Of a DNA stretch of 64,000 nucleotides, positions 37,605-51,154 are shown piece after piece (the first letter of the stretch is position 1; every line of letters starts with the position of its first letter). Location of the stretch: the NCBI GenBank assembly GCA_963774265.1, contig CAVZDU010000001.1, positions 1,344,001 through 1,408,000 on the forward strand. Direction: 5' to 3'. Under the pieces are notes generated by a model that was not told the DNA's origin, made no database searches, and saw nothing but the letters and a program-made list of their open reading frames with translations. The position numbers were made by a program, and so were the translations under genes. This DNA is from an uncultured Chloroflexia bacterium (GTDB lineage Bacteria; Chloroflexota; Anaerolineae; CG2-30-64-16).

Positions 37605-38417
37605 TTACACAGTAGAGAGATCCCATTCCTCGTAGATCTTCGGAACATCATTGATCAAGCGACGGGTGTATGCCTCTTTCGGATGCAGAATCACCCTATC
37701 GGCAGATCCGTGTTCAACGATCTTTCCATGCTCCATAATCCATACGCTGTCAGAAACATAATACGCCAGGCCGATGTCATGAGTGATGAAAACAATCGTC
37801 ATCCCTATTTCGTCACGCAACTGCATCAGCATATCCAGGATGGTCGCGCGTGAGCAGGCATCGATCATCGAGGTGGGCTCATCGGCCAGCAGTATCTTGG
37901 GCTTCAGCAGGAAGATACGGGCAATCATCAAGCGCTGCATCTGTCCGCCCGAAAGCTCAAAAGGGTATTTGTTGGTCAATTCTTCGAATTTCAAGTTGAC
38001 AAAGCTGCACGCCTCGGCCATCAACTCCACTTTTTTCGCATGCGGCAGCTTGCGACCGCCACGCATGCGAATACAATCTAGGAGCACGGCATCGATCTTA
38101 CTGAATATGTTGTATGAAGAAAACGGATCCTGAAAGATAGCCTGGATGTTTTTCCAGTATTCCTGTTTCTTCTTTTGAGAGCTGATATCGCGCTTCTGCC
38201 CCTGGAAGTAAACATCACCCTCAGTGGGGTTGATCAATCCCAGAAGCATCTTCGCCAAAGTGGTCTTTCCGCTGCCTGATTCGCCTACGATCGAGATGAC
38301 TTCGCCCTCGTGGAAATCGAAATCCACATGATCGACGGCGACAGTTTTGTGGCGGCCCAACCCAAACACCTTGGTCAGTCCTGACCCGCTCAGGCATGAG
38401 CTTCTTTCATCAGCCAT
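37605..38417 (-). CDS. Dpp/Opp-type ABC ATPase
   Basis: [29 protein letters not shown]. Confidence 0.9.
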   Translation of the reverse strand: MADERSSCLSGSGLTKVFGLGRHKTVAVDHVDFDFHEGEVISIVGESGSGKTTLAKMLLGLINPTEGDVYFQGQKRDISSQKKKQEYWKNIQAIFQDPFSSYNIFSKIDAVLLDCIRMRGGRKLPHAKKVELMAEACSFVNLKFEELTNKYPFELSGGQMQRLMIARIFLLKPKILLADEPTSMIDACSRATILDMLMQLRDEIGMTIVFITHDIGLAYYVSDSVWIMEHGKIVEHGSADRVILHPKEAYTRRLINDVPKIYEEWDLSTV

Positions 38418-39419
38418 TTTTATAGGCCCTTCTCATTTGTTCTTCCGACGAGTTACATCGGTAAGCGCGTCCGCCGCCAAGCTTCGCGAAGATCGACAGA
38501 GCGCAGCAGGCATTCTGACTGTGCAAATTTGCAGCGTTCGGCAAACCGGCAGCCAGCCGGTGGGTTTTTGAGATTGGGCGGTACACCGGGAATGGAGGCC
38601 AGTTTTATTCCCCGCAGACCACTTTCAGGCACAATGATCGAGCCCATGAGACCTCTGGCATATGGATGGAGCGGATCAAACACGGCTTCCTTTGGCGGCG
38701 CCCTTCTCCACGATCTGCCCGGCGTACATGACCATGATGTCATCTGTGACGTTGTAGAGGAGGGGGAGCTCGTGCGTGATGAAGATCATCGATTTGATGA
38801 AACCATTTTCCATCAGACCCTTCAGCATCTTGATGACCATCTTTTGTGACGTGACATCGAGCGCAGAGGAAGGCTCATCGGCAATGAGCACCGTTGGACG
38901 AAGAATCACCGACACCGCGATCACCGTGCGCTGTTTCATGCCGCCCGAGAGTTCGACAGGGTATTTTTGCAGTACCTCGGCTGGAAGCCCCAGGATCTCA
39001 AAGCTTGCTCTGGCAAGGTCATAGATGAACTTCTTGTTTTCGGTTGGATCATGCGCCAGAATAACATCTTCAATAAAGTTGATGATCTTCCGGGTGGGGT
39101 TGAGCGCGTTCATCGCGGCCTGGGGGATATAGGCAATCTCCGTCCCCAATATCGATTTACGAACGTCATCAGGGTTCATCCCGGTAATGTTTTGCCCGTC
39201 GATGATGATCTCGCCACTCGTATAGTGCAGAGGAGGGAAGTAATAACCCATCAGGCTGAGGGCCAGCGTCGATTTCCCGCAGCCGGATTCTCCTGCGATG
39301 CCCAGCGTCTTCCCTTCCTCGACCTTCAGAGACACATGGTCCACCGCATAGATATCTTCCCCGAAGCGGGTGATGTATTTGGTGGTGAGTTCTCGAACCT
39401 CTAGCATGACGTTTGACAT
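38410..39419 (-). CDS. Dpp/Opp-type ABC ATPase, +1 frameshifts near 38690 and 38480
   Basis: [24 protein letters not shown]; HPY...GCRFAERC tail in a shifted frame. Confidence 0.85.
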
Positions 39420-39428
39420 TTCGATCAC

Positions 39429-40679
<1,251 letters not shown>

Positions 40680-40693
40680 AGCACCACCTTTGC

Positions 40694-41698
40694 CTAATCA
40701 GCCTGCGCCGTTTTGATGCGCGGGTCGATGATGCCGTAGAGGATTTCGATGGCAAAGTTCGCAATCAACACCATAATAGTGATGATCAACGTTGCTGCTG
40801 AGATAAGCGGATAATCCTGTCCCATAACGGCGGACAAGAGCACGGTGCCGAGCCCTGGATAACTGAAGATGATCTCCGCCACCAACGCGCCCCCGACCAT
40901 GGTGCCGACCGATAACGCCAGGCCGGTAATCTGGGGCAGCATGGCATTCCGAAATACATAACCGACGATCTTGCTGTCTTTGATGCCCATGAAACGGCTG
41001 TATTTCACATAATCCGCATTCAGTTCGTAGATCGCCATGGAGCGCATGCCGATCGCCTGGCCCCCGATCGCGATCAACACGATCGACCAGAACGGCAGTT
41101 GGTAATGTACGATCACAGACCATAGGAATTTCCAACTGAAGCTGGGTATCAGGTCAAATCCATATCCGCCCGATGTTGGGAACCATTTCAATCCAACTCC
41201 AAAAACAACCAGCAATATGACTGCCATGCCAAAGGGCGGGAAATTGCTCACAAAGATGCTGACGGGCATGAGGACTTTATCAAAGCCTCCCTTGCGATAC
41301 GCCGCCAATGCACCGAGTGTGTTCCCGATCAGCCAGCCGACGATGATCGCCGGGAACTGCAGGCAGATCGTCCACAAGATGGAAGATTTGAGAACGTCTG
41401 CAACTGTTCGTGGATATGCGCTGAACGAGAAACCGAAATCACCCTGCATGACATTTCTCACATAGAGGAAGAACTGTTCGATCATGGGTCGATTGGTGCC
41501 GAACAGCTCCGTGTACTGCTGGTAGATCGCCTGGATCCCGGCCGAATTGCTCATGCCTTGGGCCATCCTGGCTACGATCGCTGCCACGGGATCTCCCGGC
41601 ATCAAGCGGGGCAGGATGAAATTCAGCAGGAAGGCGAAAACGAAGGTAATGGCGAACCACCCCAACTTGTTGAGGAAATACCTGCGGTAGCCCTTCAA
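40694..41698 (-). CDS. Dpp/Opp-type ABC permease
   Basis: [32 protein letters not shown]; TTG start inferred. Confidence 0.88.
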   Translation of the reverse strand: MKGYRRYFLNKLGWFAITFVFAFLLNFILPRLMPGDPVAAIVARMAQGMSNSAGIQAIYQQYTELFGTNRPMIEQFFLYVRNVMQGDFGFSFSAYPRTVADVLKSSILWTICLQFPAIIVGWLIGNTLGALAAYRKGGFDKVLMPVSIFVSNFPPFGMAVILLVVFGVGLKWFPTSGGYGFDLIPSFSWKFLWSVIVHYQLPFWSIVLIAIGGQAIGMRSMAIYELNADYVKYSRFMGIKDSKIVGYVFRNAMLPQITGLALSVGTMVGGALVAEIIFSYPGLGTVLLSAVMGQDYPLISAATLIITIMVLIANFAIEILYGIIDPRIKTAQAD

Positions 41699-41779
41699 CC
41701 CAACACCCCCTTCGATGGAGACCTTGTTATCGTTGCGTGTGGAGGCCGCCCACACATGGGGCGCCCACTGCCCTTGATG

Positions 41780-41823
41780 GCGAACCCGCCATGCCCTGGG
41801 GTTCGTGGACATGGCGGATTCGC
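41780..41823. terminator. Hairpin downstream of the SBP gene
   Basis: gcgaacccgccatg ... catggcggattcgc. Confidence 0.55.
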
Positions 41824-41834
41824 GCGATGACGGT

Positions 41835-43791
41835 TTACTTCACGAGCGTCAGGTTGTAAAGGCCTGCGATACTCCATCCGTCCGTCAGGTCGAGCGGCGG
41901 GACGGGCGGGTTGGTGCCATCACCATCGTGCGGGAAGTCGGTCCAAACACTCTCGTTCACGGCATGGAACGATTGAGGTCGGTACATGAGCGTGAAGGAG
42001 GGAACATCGGTCAGGTAGATCTTGACCAGGTCCGTGTAGGCTGCCTTCAGCTTGGCCTCATCGGTCATCGTGGGGATCGCTTTGATCAATTTGTCGGCAT
42101 CAGGATTGCTGTACTGACCCCAGTTGCCGTTCCAGTTGCTCGACATACCGACGAATTCGGAGCTCATCAGCTTGCGGATACGTCCCCAAGGCTGGGTCGG
42201 GCCGGCGCCGTCGCTCCACATCATGAAGATGTCGTAGCCCTCGGGCAGCGGCTTGTCAGACGCGGTGACGACGGTCTGATAGACGCCCCATTCAGGGTAG
42301 TTGGTCGTGATGTCGATGCCGATCTTCTTGCCGGCGGCAGCAACGATTTCGATGGCAGCCTGCCAGTCGGACCAGCCGTTCGGGCAGGTGGCAACGTAGT
42401 GAAGATTCTTCCCGTTGTATTCACGCCAGCCATCGCCATCGGTGTCCTTGATCCCGGCATCGTCGAGCAGCTTCTTGGCGCCCTCGATGTCGTTGCCGGC
42501 CCACTGCAGGTCCTTGACGGCTTCGTGGTCGTACAGTGGCCTGTTCGCCGGCGGTCGGGTTCATGAGCGAGCGCGGCACCTGGTCGAAGGTAGCCGATTG
42601 GTTGGTCATGGCGTTGGCAATGATGGTGGGATAGTCAACCGCCATGGCGATGGCCTTGCGGACCGCAACCTGGTCCAGACCAGGGGATTTCAGGTTGTAG
42701 AAGGCGGTTGGGAGGCTGGCGCCAATGCCGTAGGGAGCCTCGGGCAGGTAGGTGGAGACGGGCAGACCATAGTTGAGCCACAGAATCTTGGATGTTGGAG
42801 TTGAACTGCTGGCTGACATCCACCTCACCCTGTGCCAAAGCAACAGAACCGGCCGCGTTATCCTTGAAGATCGTATGCGCCAGGTACTTCGGAGCAGGCA
42901 GCTTGCCCCACATGCTGGCATCCTGGCCCCAGTAGTTGTCATTCCGAACGTAGACGACCTTCGAATCGTCAGAGAAGAACTTGTGATAGGGACCGGAGTA
43001 GACAACATCCTCCGCGGGATCAGCCAGCAACTTGGTGGCATCGCCGCCGACGCGGGCTTCCAGTGTCTCGGTCCAGGCTTTCTGGACGACATAGTTGGTG
43101 CTCAGGTAAGCAGCGACTAGCAGAGGATTGACCGCTTTGCCGTCCGCACCCAGTTTGGCCTTGATCACGACCGTCTGGGCATCCTTGGCTTCGATGGTAT
43201 CGACGTAGTCCTTATTGGCAGCGGCGAGTGGGGTCTTGTACTTGACATGCGGTGGCCCAGGTATAGGCGACATCCTCAGCGGTCACCGGGGTGCCATCGC
43301 TCCACTTTGCGGCAGCCTTGATCTTGAAGGTGACCTCGGTCACGCGCGTCGTTCCACGCATAGTCGCCATCCGCCAGCAGAGGATACTGCTTGCCATCGA
43401 GCATGTTGTACAGGTACGGGGTTTCGAACATGATGACGCGGGCGTTGTCCTGCTGGGCGATAGCCATCGCATTATTGTTGCTGTTGGAGTATGGATTCCA
43501 ACCAACCACCGCACCCCACTGTTGACCATTGAAGTACAGGGTTTCATTGCGGGGCAAAGTATTGGCATCAACAGCGGGTTTGGCCGGGACCGCGGTCGGC
43601 GCCGGCGTGGCAACCACGACCTTCTCAACCTGGACGGTTTGAACGACCGTCTTCTCGACCACTTGTGTTACAACCTTCTCGACCTGCTGTGTCACCACCT
43701 TCTCCACCACCTGGGGTGTGGGCGCGGCACAGGCAGTCAGGAAGGACACGACTACCAACAAGCTGACGACGGAAAGTACGAGCTTACGCAT
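41835..43791 (-). CDS. Family 5 oligosaccharide-binding lipoprotein, split by four +1 frameshifts (~43341, ~43250, ~42784, ~42538)
   Basis: MRKLVLS...LTAC lipobox, VEKVVT repeats, [32 protein letters not shown]; the segments join across frames. Confidence 0.85.
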
Positions 43792-43901
43792 TCTGGAACC
43801 TCCTCCATGATGTAGACTAGGGTTTGTTCGCTTGAAACATCGGCTGAGCACACACACTTCTTGTCGAATTACACCTCCTTCTCTCTGCCCGTTTCCAGCC
43901 A

Positions 43902-44943
43902 TCACGGCGGCGGGTCAGGCATCACCCCAGCAGCACCACATGACTGCCGCACGACCAGTTCCGTCGGCAGGACACTCCTGCGCGCGGCTGACCCTGGTTC
44001 GGGTGGATTGGCCAGTAACTCCATCAACAAGTCTGCGACGGCCGAACCCAACTGCCGAATGGGCTGGTGCACCGTGGTCAACGACGGTTGGATAGAAGAG
44101 GCGATCGGGACATCGTCAAAACCAATGATGGCGACGTCGTGCGGAACCTGGCGGCCAGCCACGCGGAGCGCCTTTCAGCGCGCCGATGGCCATGATGTCG
44201 CTGGCCACGAAAATGGCGGTGGGTGCACTGGGAAGCAGATGTTTCACGCCAGCGATGCCGCTGCTTTCCGTATAGTCTCCCTCAAAGATCAGGGCTTCCT
44301 CGACCGCAAGGTCGTGTTTGGCCAGGGTGCAGCGGTAACCGGCCAGCCGGTCCGCGCCGGAGGTCATCGTCAACGGGCCCGTGATCGTGGCGATACGAGT
44401 GTGGCCCAGACGGATCAGGTGCTCGACGGCCAGCCGTGCACCGCCAACGTTGTCGACATCAATACAGTGCACACGCTCGTCCGGACAGCGCCCCGCCACC
44501 ACGAATGGGATCCCATCCTGGAGCAAGCGCGCGGGCAATGAGTCATCCATGTGCGCCGAGGCCACGATCACCCCATCCAGATGCCCACTGCCCACGATTC
44601 GTCTGTAGCGTTCGTCCTGCTCAGACGGACCATGAAAAAGCGAGAGCATAAGATGGTATTGCTGCGCATTACAGGTTTCAGTGATGCCGTACAGAAGGAT
44701 GGGGAAGAATGGGTCGGTGAAAAGCTTGGTGATGGTTTCTGGGATTACTACCGCCAGGATTTGGGTGCGTCGCGTCACGAGGCTGCGGGCAGCCGCGTAG
44801 GGCTGGTACCCCGTCTCGTTAATCACACGCCATACTTGTTCGCGGACTACGGCCCGCACGCTGGGGTGGTCATTGACGACACGGGAGACCGTGGAGCGGG
44901 AAACACCCGCTATTCGGGCGATCCCTTCCAAAGTGAACGGCAT
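43902..44943 (-). CDS. LacI family transcriptional regulator, +1 frameshift near 44175
   Basis: [48 protein letters not shown]. Confidence 0.9.
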
Positions 44944-45037
44944 AGTTATGCCTCTCTCCTCTTCGAGAGCACACCAGGGGAGGCGCACCACGTCATTATG
45001 ACTGACCACGAGCATACGTTACCGGATGATGTCTTCT

Positions 45038-45053
45038 TTGGGAGCGCTCCCAA
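45038..45053. promoter_or_regulatory. LacI operator identical to the CelR/CebR box
   Basis: Perfect palindrome TTGGGAGCGCTCCCAA directly downstream of the -10 of the lacI-operon promoter. Confidence 0.85.
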
Positions 45054-45058
45054 GGAGC

Positions 45059-45087
45059 AGTATGACACAATTGGGTCGCCTTGTCAA
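45059..45087 (-). promoter_or_regulatory. sigma70 promoter of the LacI/mannoside operon
   Basis: TTGACA-17 bp-CATACT on the minus strand. Confidence 0.7.
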
Positions 45088-45198
45088 TCCCTTTTTGAAA
45101 AACTGGCCTCGCAAGGGGCGCGTCATTTCCCACCCTGCGCATCCCGTCTGTTATAATCGGGAGGCTGGAATTCTATCCCATTCAACAGGGTGCGGGCG

Positions 45199-48100
45199 AT
45201 GTCCGACGATTTCGTCCATCTTCATCTTCACACCGAGTACTCGCTGCTCGATGGCCTTGGCCGCGTGCCCGCGATGGCCAAACGCGCCGCCGAGCTGGGT
45301 CAGCGCGCGCTCGCGCTGACCGATCACGGCACCATGCACGGCGCGATTGAGTTCACGCGCGCGTGCAAGGGAGTTGGCATCAAGCCGCTGTTGGGTGTGG
45401 AGGCATATATCACTCAGTGGGGACGCCCGATGACGAGTCACGAGGGTGAGCTCGACCGGGGACGGCATCACCTGCTGTTGTTGGCTGAGAACATGACGGG
45501 CTACCGGAACCTGCTCCAGATCTGTTCTGACGCCCAACTTCGAGGCTATTACTATCGTCCACGCATCGACGCGGACTACCTGGCGAGCCATAGCGAGGGC
45601 CTGATCTGCACATCCGGTTGCCTTGCAGCGGAACTGCCCACGCTGATCAAGAACGGACAGGCGCACAAAGCAGTGGACCGTCTGATGTGGTATCGCGACG
45701 TCTTCGGTCCTGACCGTTGGTATATCGAGTTCCAGGAGCACGGCATCCCTGAGCTGACTGAGGTGAACAAACAGCTCTGGTCCTTCGCCCAGAAGTACGA
45801 TGTTCCGGTGGTGGTCACCAATGATGTTCACTACGTGCGGGAGGAAGATGCCAAGGCGCACGACACGTTGCTCTGTGTCCAAACCAGCGCCTTGCTGACT
45901 GATCCAAAGCGCATGCGCTACGACGGGGATTCGTACTTCTTGAAGAGCCTGGAGCAGATGCGGCAGACGTTCCTGCCCTATGTCGACATGCCCGAGAGCG
46001 CCTTCACGAATCCGATGAAGATCGCCGAGATGTGCGATGCAGACCCGGAAGACAGACACTATCACCTGCCAGATATCGACATCCCTGAAGGCTATAACTA
46101 CGAATCCTACCTGCGCCACCTGACTGAAGAGGGCCTCAAGGAGCGCTACGGTGGCCGCGCCGACGATCCGGAGGTGCAAGCCCGCAAAGACCATGAGCTC
46201 GAGGTCATCCACAGCATGGGGTTCGACGTCTACTACCTCATTGTGTGGGACCTGTGCATGTACGCCAAGCACCGTGGCATCTGGTGGAATGTACGCGGTT
46301 CGGGGGCTGGCTCCATTGTGGCCTACGCGATGGGTGTCACCAACCTCGACCCCCTGCGGAACAAGCTGATCTTCGAGCGATTCCTTAATCCGGGCCGTGT
46401 CACGATGCCCGACTTCGATTTGGATTTCCCTGATGATCAGCGCGAGGAATTGATCCGATATACGGTGGAGAAATACGGCAACCACCGTGTGGCGCAGGTT
46501 GTCACCTTCGGCCGGATGAAGGCGCGCGCGGCCGTCCGGGATGTGGGTCGCGCGATGGCTGTGCCCCTGGATCAGGTTGACGTCATCGCCAAGCTGATTC
46601 CGGGAATTGCAGGCAAGCCGGTCACGATTCAGGATGTGCTGACAGAGGGTCATGAGTTCTACTCCGCCGATCTTAAGGCACGTTACGACAGCGAAGAAGT
46701 GGTTCGCAATCTCCTTGACGCGTCCAAACAGCTTGAAGGTGTCGCGCGTCATTCGTCCATTCACCCTGCAGCGGTCATGGTGGCAGATCGCGAGCTTACC
46801 TATTACACCCCGCTGATGCGGCCACCCAAGTCCGCCATCACTGAGACGGTCACGCAGTACGAGTACCCAATCCTGGAGTCCATTGGGCTGCTTAAGGTCG
46901 ATTTCCTGGGCCTGTCGACGCTCACCTTGATGCGCGAAGCGGCAAGGCTCATCAGGGAGCGGCACGGGATTGAGTACACGCTTGTCAATTTGCCGATCGA
47001 TGATGCCAAGACCTACGAGCTGCTGACTGCAGGCGATGTCATGGGTGTTTTTCAGGTGGAAGGCCAGGGCATGCGCCGCGTGCTGATGGAAATGCAGCCG
47101 ACGGAATTCGACCACATTACCGCCACAATTTCGCTCTATCGACCCGGCCCCATGGAGTTCATCCCCGATTTCATCGCATGCCTGCACGGTGAGAAGCAGC
47201 CCAAATATGTACACCCCATCCTGGCCTCCATCCTGGCTGAAACCATGGGGGTCTGCGTGTACCAGGAACAGGTGATTCAGATCCTCGCCGATGTGGCTGG
47301 CTACACCCCCGGCGAGGCAGACCTGGTCCGCCGGGGCATTAGCAAGAAGTCAAAGAAGACGCTGGACGAACACCGCGAGATTTTTGCCGAGGGCAGCGCT
47401 AAGAAGTCGGGCCTCACGCGTGTAGAGGCTGACGCCATCTGGGATGAACTCATGGGTTTCGCGCGTTACGGATTCAACCGCGCGCACGCGGCGGATTACG
47501 CGGTCGTCGTCGCCCAGACCGGTTTTCTGAAGGCGCATTACCCTGTCGAATACATGGCGGCGCTGCTCACTGTCGAACGTCATGACACCGAAAAAGTCGG
47601 TGTCCTCATCGCCGAGTGCCGGCGCATGGGTATCGAAGTGCTGCCACCGAGCGTTAACGTCAGCCAACACACCTTTACGATCGAGAACCTGCCGGCCAAC
47701 CGCGTGCCCCCGCGCCAGATCACGGCGTTTCCGTTTCCCGTCGAGGCCGGCGCGGCCATTCGCATGGGCCTGGATGCGATCAAAAACGTCGGTGAAGGTC
47801 CCATCGACTCGATTCTTTCGGCGCGGGGTAAACGCCCCTTCACCTCCCTGGCCGAGTTTGCCGAGCGGGTCGATTTGCGCCAGATCAATCGCCGCGGACT
47901 TGAGTGTCTCATCAAAGTCGGCGCGCTGGATGACTTCGGCGAACGAGCGCGAATTCTCGCCGCGATCGATCAGCTCATGCACGTCAGCTCGTCGGCGCAC
48001 GACGCGGCTGACGCGGGTCAATTGACGCTGTTCGGAGAGGTCGAGTCTGCGTCTGACGCGGACATCCTGGCCGCGGCGGGTCCGATCGCAAAGGTCAGCA

Positions 48101-49131
48101 ACAAGGACATTCTGGAGTGGGAGAAGGAGTTGGTGGGCGTGTACGTCTCCAGCCATCCGCTGCAGCAGATGACGGTCGACCTGGCGAACATCATCACCCA
48201 TGCGACGGTCGATATCACCGAGGAGCTTGGCAAGCAGGGGGTTGCCGTGGCCGGCGTGCTGGCGGAAGTGCGGCCGTTCACCACAAAGAAGGGCGAGCAG
48301 ATGGCCTTCTGTCGATTGGAGGATTTGCAGGGCTCGGTGGATGTGACGGTTTTCCCACAACTCTTTCGGGAGAAGCGCGACCTTTGGAAGCAGGATAAGA
48401 TCGCGATCATATGGGGCAAGGCGGAGTTTCGCAACGGCCGCATGAGCATCGTCGCAGACCGGGTGCAGGATTACGTGCAGGGCCAGCGCATCATTGAGGA
48501 TACATCGACCACCTACCACCGGTTTCAGAACGGTGACGCTCAGGCCGCGCGACCGACGGTGCGTGGAGGCATCGGCAGCAACAGCCCGAAAGAGGGTGGG
48601 AAGACGCGCTTCGCACCGCCAGTCGTCGACCATGTGAGCGATGATGAAGACAGTGACACCGGTGAGGCGAATCCGTTTGCAGCGCAAGCGCCGGATTGGC
48701 TGATGGAAGACGCTGAGCCAGATTCGGATGAAGCTGCCGCCGCCCCGTCGACTGCGGTCTCGGGGCAACCTAAAGTTCCGGATGTCGTGCCGGAGAACGG
48801 AGCATCCAGGCTCGCCGCGCTGGCCCAAGAGCAGTCTCCGGAATCCGTCGGCTCAGTTACAGTTCCTCAAACGTTTGTCACACCGCGCTCCCCGCGCCTG
48901 CACGTTACAATGCGCCGCAGTCACAGTCTGGATGCGGATCGCCGGCGGCTGTCGGACCTGGTGGACCTCCTGGAGAAGTACAGAGGAACCGATCGTTTCG
49001 TGATCATGATCGAAGCACCTGGAGAGGCCAGTTACCAGCTTGACTTTCCGAACAGCTATACTTGCATCTGCAAGGAACTCCGGGCTGAGCTCAGTCAGAG
49101 GCTGGGGGTCAACCATTGGCGGGTCGAGTAA
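45199..49131 (+). CDS. dnaE: DNA polymerase III alpha subunit
   Basis: [58 protein letters not shown] fold; upstream extended -10 TG-TATAAT (45152). Confidence 0.97.
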   Translation: MSDDFVHLHLHTEYSLLDGLGRVPAMAKRAAELGQRALALTDHGTMHGAIEFTRACKGVGIKPLLGVEAYITQWGRPMTSHEGELDRGRHHLLLLAENMTGYRNLLQICSDAQLRGYYYRPRIDADYLASHSEGLICTSGCLAAELPTLIKNGQAHKAVDRLMWYRDVFGPDRWYIEFQEHGIPELTEVNKQLWSFAQKYDVPVVVTNDVHYVREEDAKAHDTLLCVQTSALLTDPKRMRYDGDSYFLKSLEQMRQTFLPYVDMPESAFTNPMKIAEMCDADPEDRHYHLPDIDIPEGYNYESYLRHLTEEGLKERYGGRADDPEVQARKDHELEVIHSMGFDVYYLIVWDLCMYAKHRGIWWNVRGSGAGSIVAYAMGVTNLDPLRNKLIFERFLNPGRVTMPDFDLDFPDDQREELIRYTVEKYGNHRVAQVVTFGRMKARAAVRDVGRAMAVPLDQVDVIAKLIPGIAGKPVTIQDVLTEGHEFYSADLKARYDSEEVVRNLLDASKQLEGVARHSSIHPAAVMVADRELTYYTPLMRPPKSAITETVTQYEYPILESIGLLKVDFLGLSTLTLMREAARLIRERHGIEYTLVNLPIDDAKTYELLTAGDVMGVFQVEGQGMRRVLMEMQPTEFDHITATISLYRPGPMEFIPDFIACLHGEKQPKYVHPILASILAETMGVCVYQEQVIQILADVAGYTPGEADLVRRGISKKSKKTLDEHREIFAEGSAKKSGLTRVEADAIWDELMGFARYGFNRAHAADYAVVVAQTGFLKAHYPVEYMAALLTVERHDTEKVGVLIAECRRMGIEVLPPSVNVSQHTFTIENLPANRVPPRQITAFPFPVEAGAAIRMGLDAIKNVGEGPIDSILSARGKRPFTSLAEFAERVDLRQINRRGLECLIKVGALDDFGERARILAAIDQLMHVSSSAHDAADAGQLTLFGEVESASDADILAAAGPIAKVSNKDILEWEKELVGVYVSSHPLQQMTVDLANIITHATVDITEELGKQGVAVAGVLAEVRPFTTKKGEQMAFCRLEDLQGSVDVTVFPQLFREKRDLWKQDKIAIIWGKAEFRNGRMSIVADRVQDYVQGQRIIEDTSTTYHRFQNGDAQAARPTVRGGIGSNSPKEGGKTRFAPPVVDHVSDDEDSDTGEANPFAAQAPDWLMEDAEPDSDEAAAAPSTAVSGQPKVPDVVPENGASRLAALAQEQSPESVGSVTVPQTFVTPRSPRLHVTMRRSHSLDADRRRLSDLVDLLEKYRGTDRFVIMIEAPGEASYQLDFPNSYTCICKELRAELSQRLGVNHWRVE

Positions 49132-50447
49132 TCAGGACGGTTGAACCCTTCTACCTCGTTGCCATCGCTCCGCTGCTGCTCTTTCCTGCTTTTCGTCCGT
49201 CATGGACTGCTGTCGCTTTGGCTGGGTTGGCCATCCTCTGCTTGGCGCGGGCGGTCGTCTGTCGCGAGCCATGGCCTGCCACCCCGTATAACGGCGCGCT
49301 GTTACTTTTCTGCCTGTCGGTTCCCCTCGCTGTCTGGGCGTCGGCCGTGCCTGAGTTGACTCTTCCCAAACTCACCGGCCTGATCCTCGGATTGGCCACC
49401 TTTCGTGTGCTGGTTTTTGCTATCCATGACCGCCGCAGCTTCGAGATTGCGCTGGCGGTCTTTGGCCTGGTGGGGGCAGGTATTTGGGCGGTGGGCCTAC
49501 TCGGTGCGCGCCTGACTTTTTTGCAGCCATTCGTTCAGCGCCTCCCTGCAGCGCTGGTCAGTCTGCCTGGTGCGCCCGACCAGGGCATCAACCCGAATCA
49601 ACTCGCCGGCGCGCTGGTCCTGTATTTGCCGGTCGTGTTTGCGGTTGCGTTGGGCTGCGCGGCCGAGCGGCGTCCAATTGTTGCCGCTCTTCTGATGGTT
49701 GCGGGTTTGGCAGCGGTGGCCACCCTGGTCGTCACGCGTTCCCGCTCGGGGTGGATTGGGTTTGGGGTTTCGCTGGTGACACTCGGCGTGTTGGTGGCTC
49801 TGGTCGTGGGCAGCCGGCGGGTGAAGGCGACGGTCTTTGGTTTCGGGGCCCTGGCATTGATCGGGGGGCTGATCGCCGGGATCGTGTTGTTGCCGACGCG
49901 CCTCGCCGGCAGCGTCGATGGTGCAACAGGCATCTCGCAGGTGGGCGAGGTGATGCAGCAGCTCTCCCTGGATGCCCGCGTGGAGATTTGGTCGCGAGCG
50001 CTCTACGCACTCCAGGATTTCCCATTTACTGGCGTTGGGCTGGGCACGTTCCGTCGCGTGGTCAATCTGCTGTATCCACTGTTCCTCATACCCCCGGACA
50101 TTGACATCGGTCATGCGCACAATATCTTCTTGCAGGTCGGCGTGGATCTCGGTCTCGGCGGGCTTATCGCGTATGTGGCGTTGATAATTATCGCTGGGGC
50201 GGTCGGGTGGCAGATCGCACGAGGGACAGGCGGTTTCTTGCGTTTTGTGGCTCTGGGGCTCGTCACGTCGTTGGTCGGACTCCATGTCTATGGTCTGGCC
50301 GATGCCCTCTCGCTTGGCTCCAAACCCTCGCTGGCTTTTTGGATGGTCCTGGGCCTGATCGCCGCGCTGGCGAGTTGCCATGATGATCGAGCATGGCAGG
50401 TTAATCGGCGCGTAGCGGCCGCAGGCCCTGCCGTTGAGCAAGGGTGA
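49116..50447 (+). CDS. O-antigen ligase (Wzy_C) family membrane protein
   Basis: [37 protein letters not shown] motifs; about 12 TM helices. Confidence 0.85.
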   Translation: MAGRVIRTVEPFYLVAIAPLLLFPAFRPSWTAVALAGLAILCLARAVVCREPWPATPYNGALLLFCLSVPLAVWASAVPELTLPKLTGLILGLATFRVLVFAIHDRRSFEIALAVFGLVGAGIWAVGLLGARLTFLQPFVQRLPAALVSLPGAPDQGINPNQLAGALVLYLPVVFAVALGCAAERRPIVAALLMVAGLAAVATLVVTRSRSGWIGFGVSLVTLGVLVALVVGSRRVKATVFGFGALALIGGLIAGIVLLPTRLAGSVDGATGISQVGEVMQQLSLDARVEIWSRALYALQDFPFTGVGLGTFRRVVNLLYPLFLIPPDIDIGHAHNIFLQVGVDLGLGGLIAYVALIIIAGAVGWQIARGTGGFLRFVALGLVTSLVGLHVYGLADALSLGSKPSLAFWMVLGLIAALASCHDDRAWQVNRRVAAAGPAVEQG

Positions 50448-51093
50448 TTTCCACCACGTTTAGCACCCAATGCGCAGCCAGCGGAACCCAAATGCTTCCC
50501 GACCACAAGAATAGGGCCGACAAGACGAGGCCCAGCAGGGTTGTCCCCACGACGCCCCACTCACCTTGGGCCCAGTGCAGCAGCCCGAACACGAGCGCCA
50601 GAGGCCACATCATCACCCACGGCGAGATGATCCACGCGAACCCCGCGAGCGGCATTGAACGGAAGAGCAACTCCTCCGCGAACGCTGCAGGTAACATGGC
50701 CAGCGCCACCCCAACCCACTCGCGGCGGTCGACAGGCACAATTGCTCGCAGAAGCCGGTTGTTGTAAACTCCGCCCCCCCACCGTGCGACGACATAGTTG
50801 CCGGTCCACAGGATTACCGGGGCCAGAAGGAGGCCCACGGCTGCGCCCAGAGTGAGGTCGATCGGCAGCCGATTCGTTTCCCATCCCAACGCTTCGATCC
50901 CTGGACCTACCGTGAGGCCAATCACGATGCAGAGAAGGATCAGGAAAAGCCGTGCGAAATTGTCCGGCAGGTGCAAGAGAAGGTTGGTCTGGGGTGTGAA
51001 GCGCTGAAGCAGCCGGCCTGATTGCACGGTCAGCCAACCCATGGAGGCTGTCAGGCAAACCACGAGGGCAGTGAAAATAAGACGATCGCTCAT
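50401..51093 (-). CDS. CPBP (CAAX/Abi) family intramembrane metalloprotease
   Basis: EELLFR, FGLLH, AHWVLN motifs. Confidence 0.88.
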   Translation of the reverse strand: MSDRLIFTALVVCLTASMGWLTVQSGRLLQRFTPQTNLLLHLPDNFARLFLILLCIVIGLTVGPGIEALGWETNRLPIDLTLGAAVGLLLAPVILWTGNYVVARWGGGVYNNRLLRAIVPVDRREWVGVALAMLPAAFAEELLFRSMPLAGFAWIISPWVMMWPLALVFGLLHWAQGEWGVVGTTLLGLVLSALFLWSGSIWVPLAAHWVLNVVEITLAQRQGLRPLRAD

Positions 51094-51154
51094 GGGCCGT
51101 TACACGGCTGCGACCAGGGATGCATCATCATGGTCGCAACCGCGTGCTCTTTCG

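Noticed and set aside
41835-43791. Programmed frameshifting or phase variation in the SBP gene
   Set aside because: Four independent +1 shifts without slippery heptamers or long repeat tracts; sequencing error is more parsimonious
45151-48828. Long antisense ORFs (687 aa and 492 aa) opposite dnaE
   Set aside because: Shadow ORFs expected from GC-rich codon bias; no motifs or RBS, and they fully overlap a bona fide gene
48480-48900. Intein in DnaE
   Set aside because: No Cys/Ser start, His-Asn end or LAGLIDADG motifs; low-complexity linker instead
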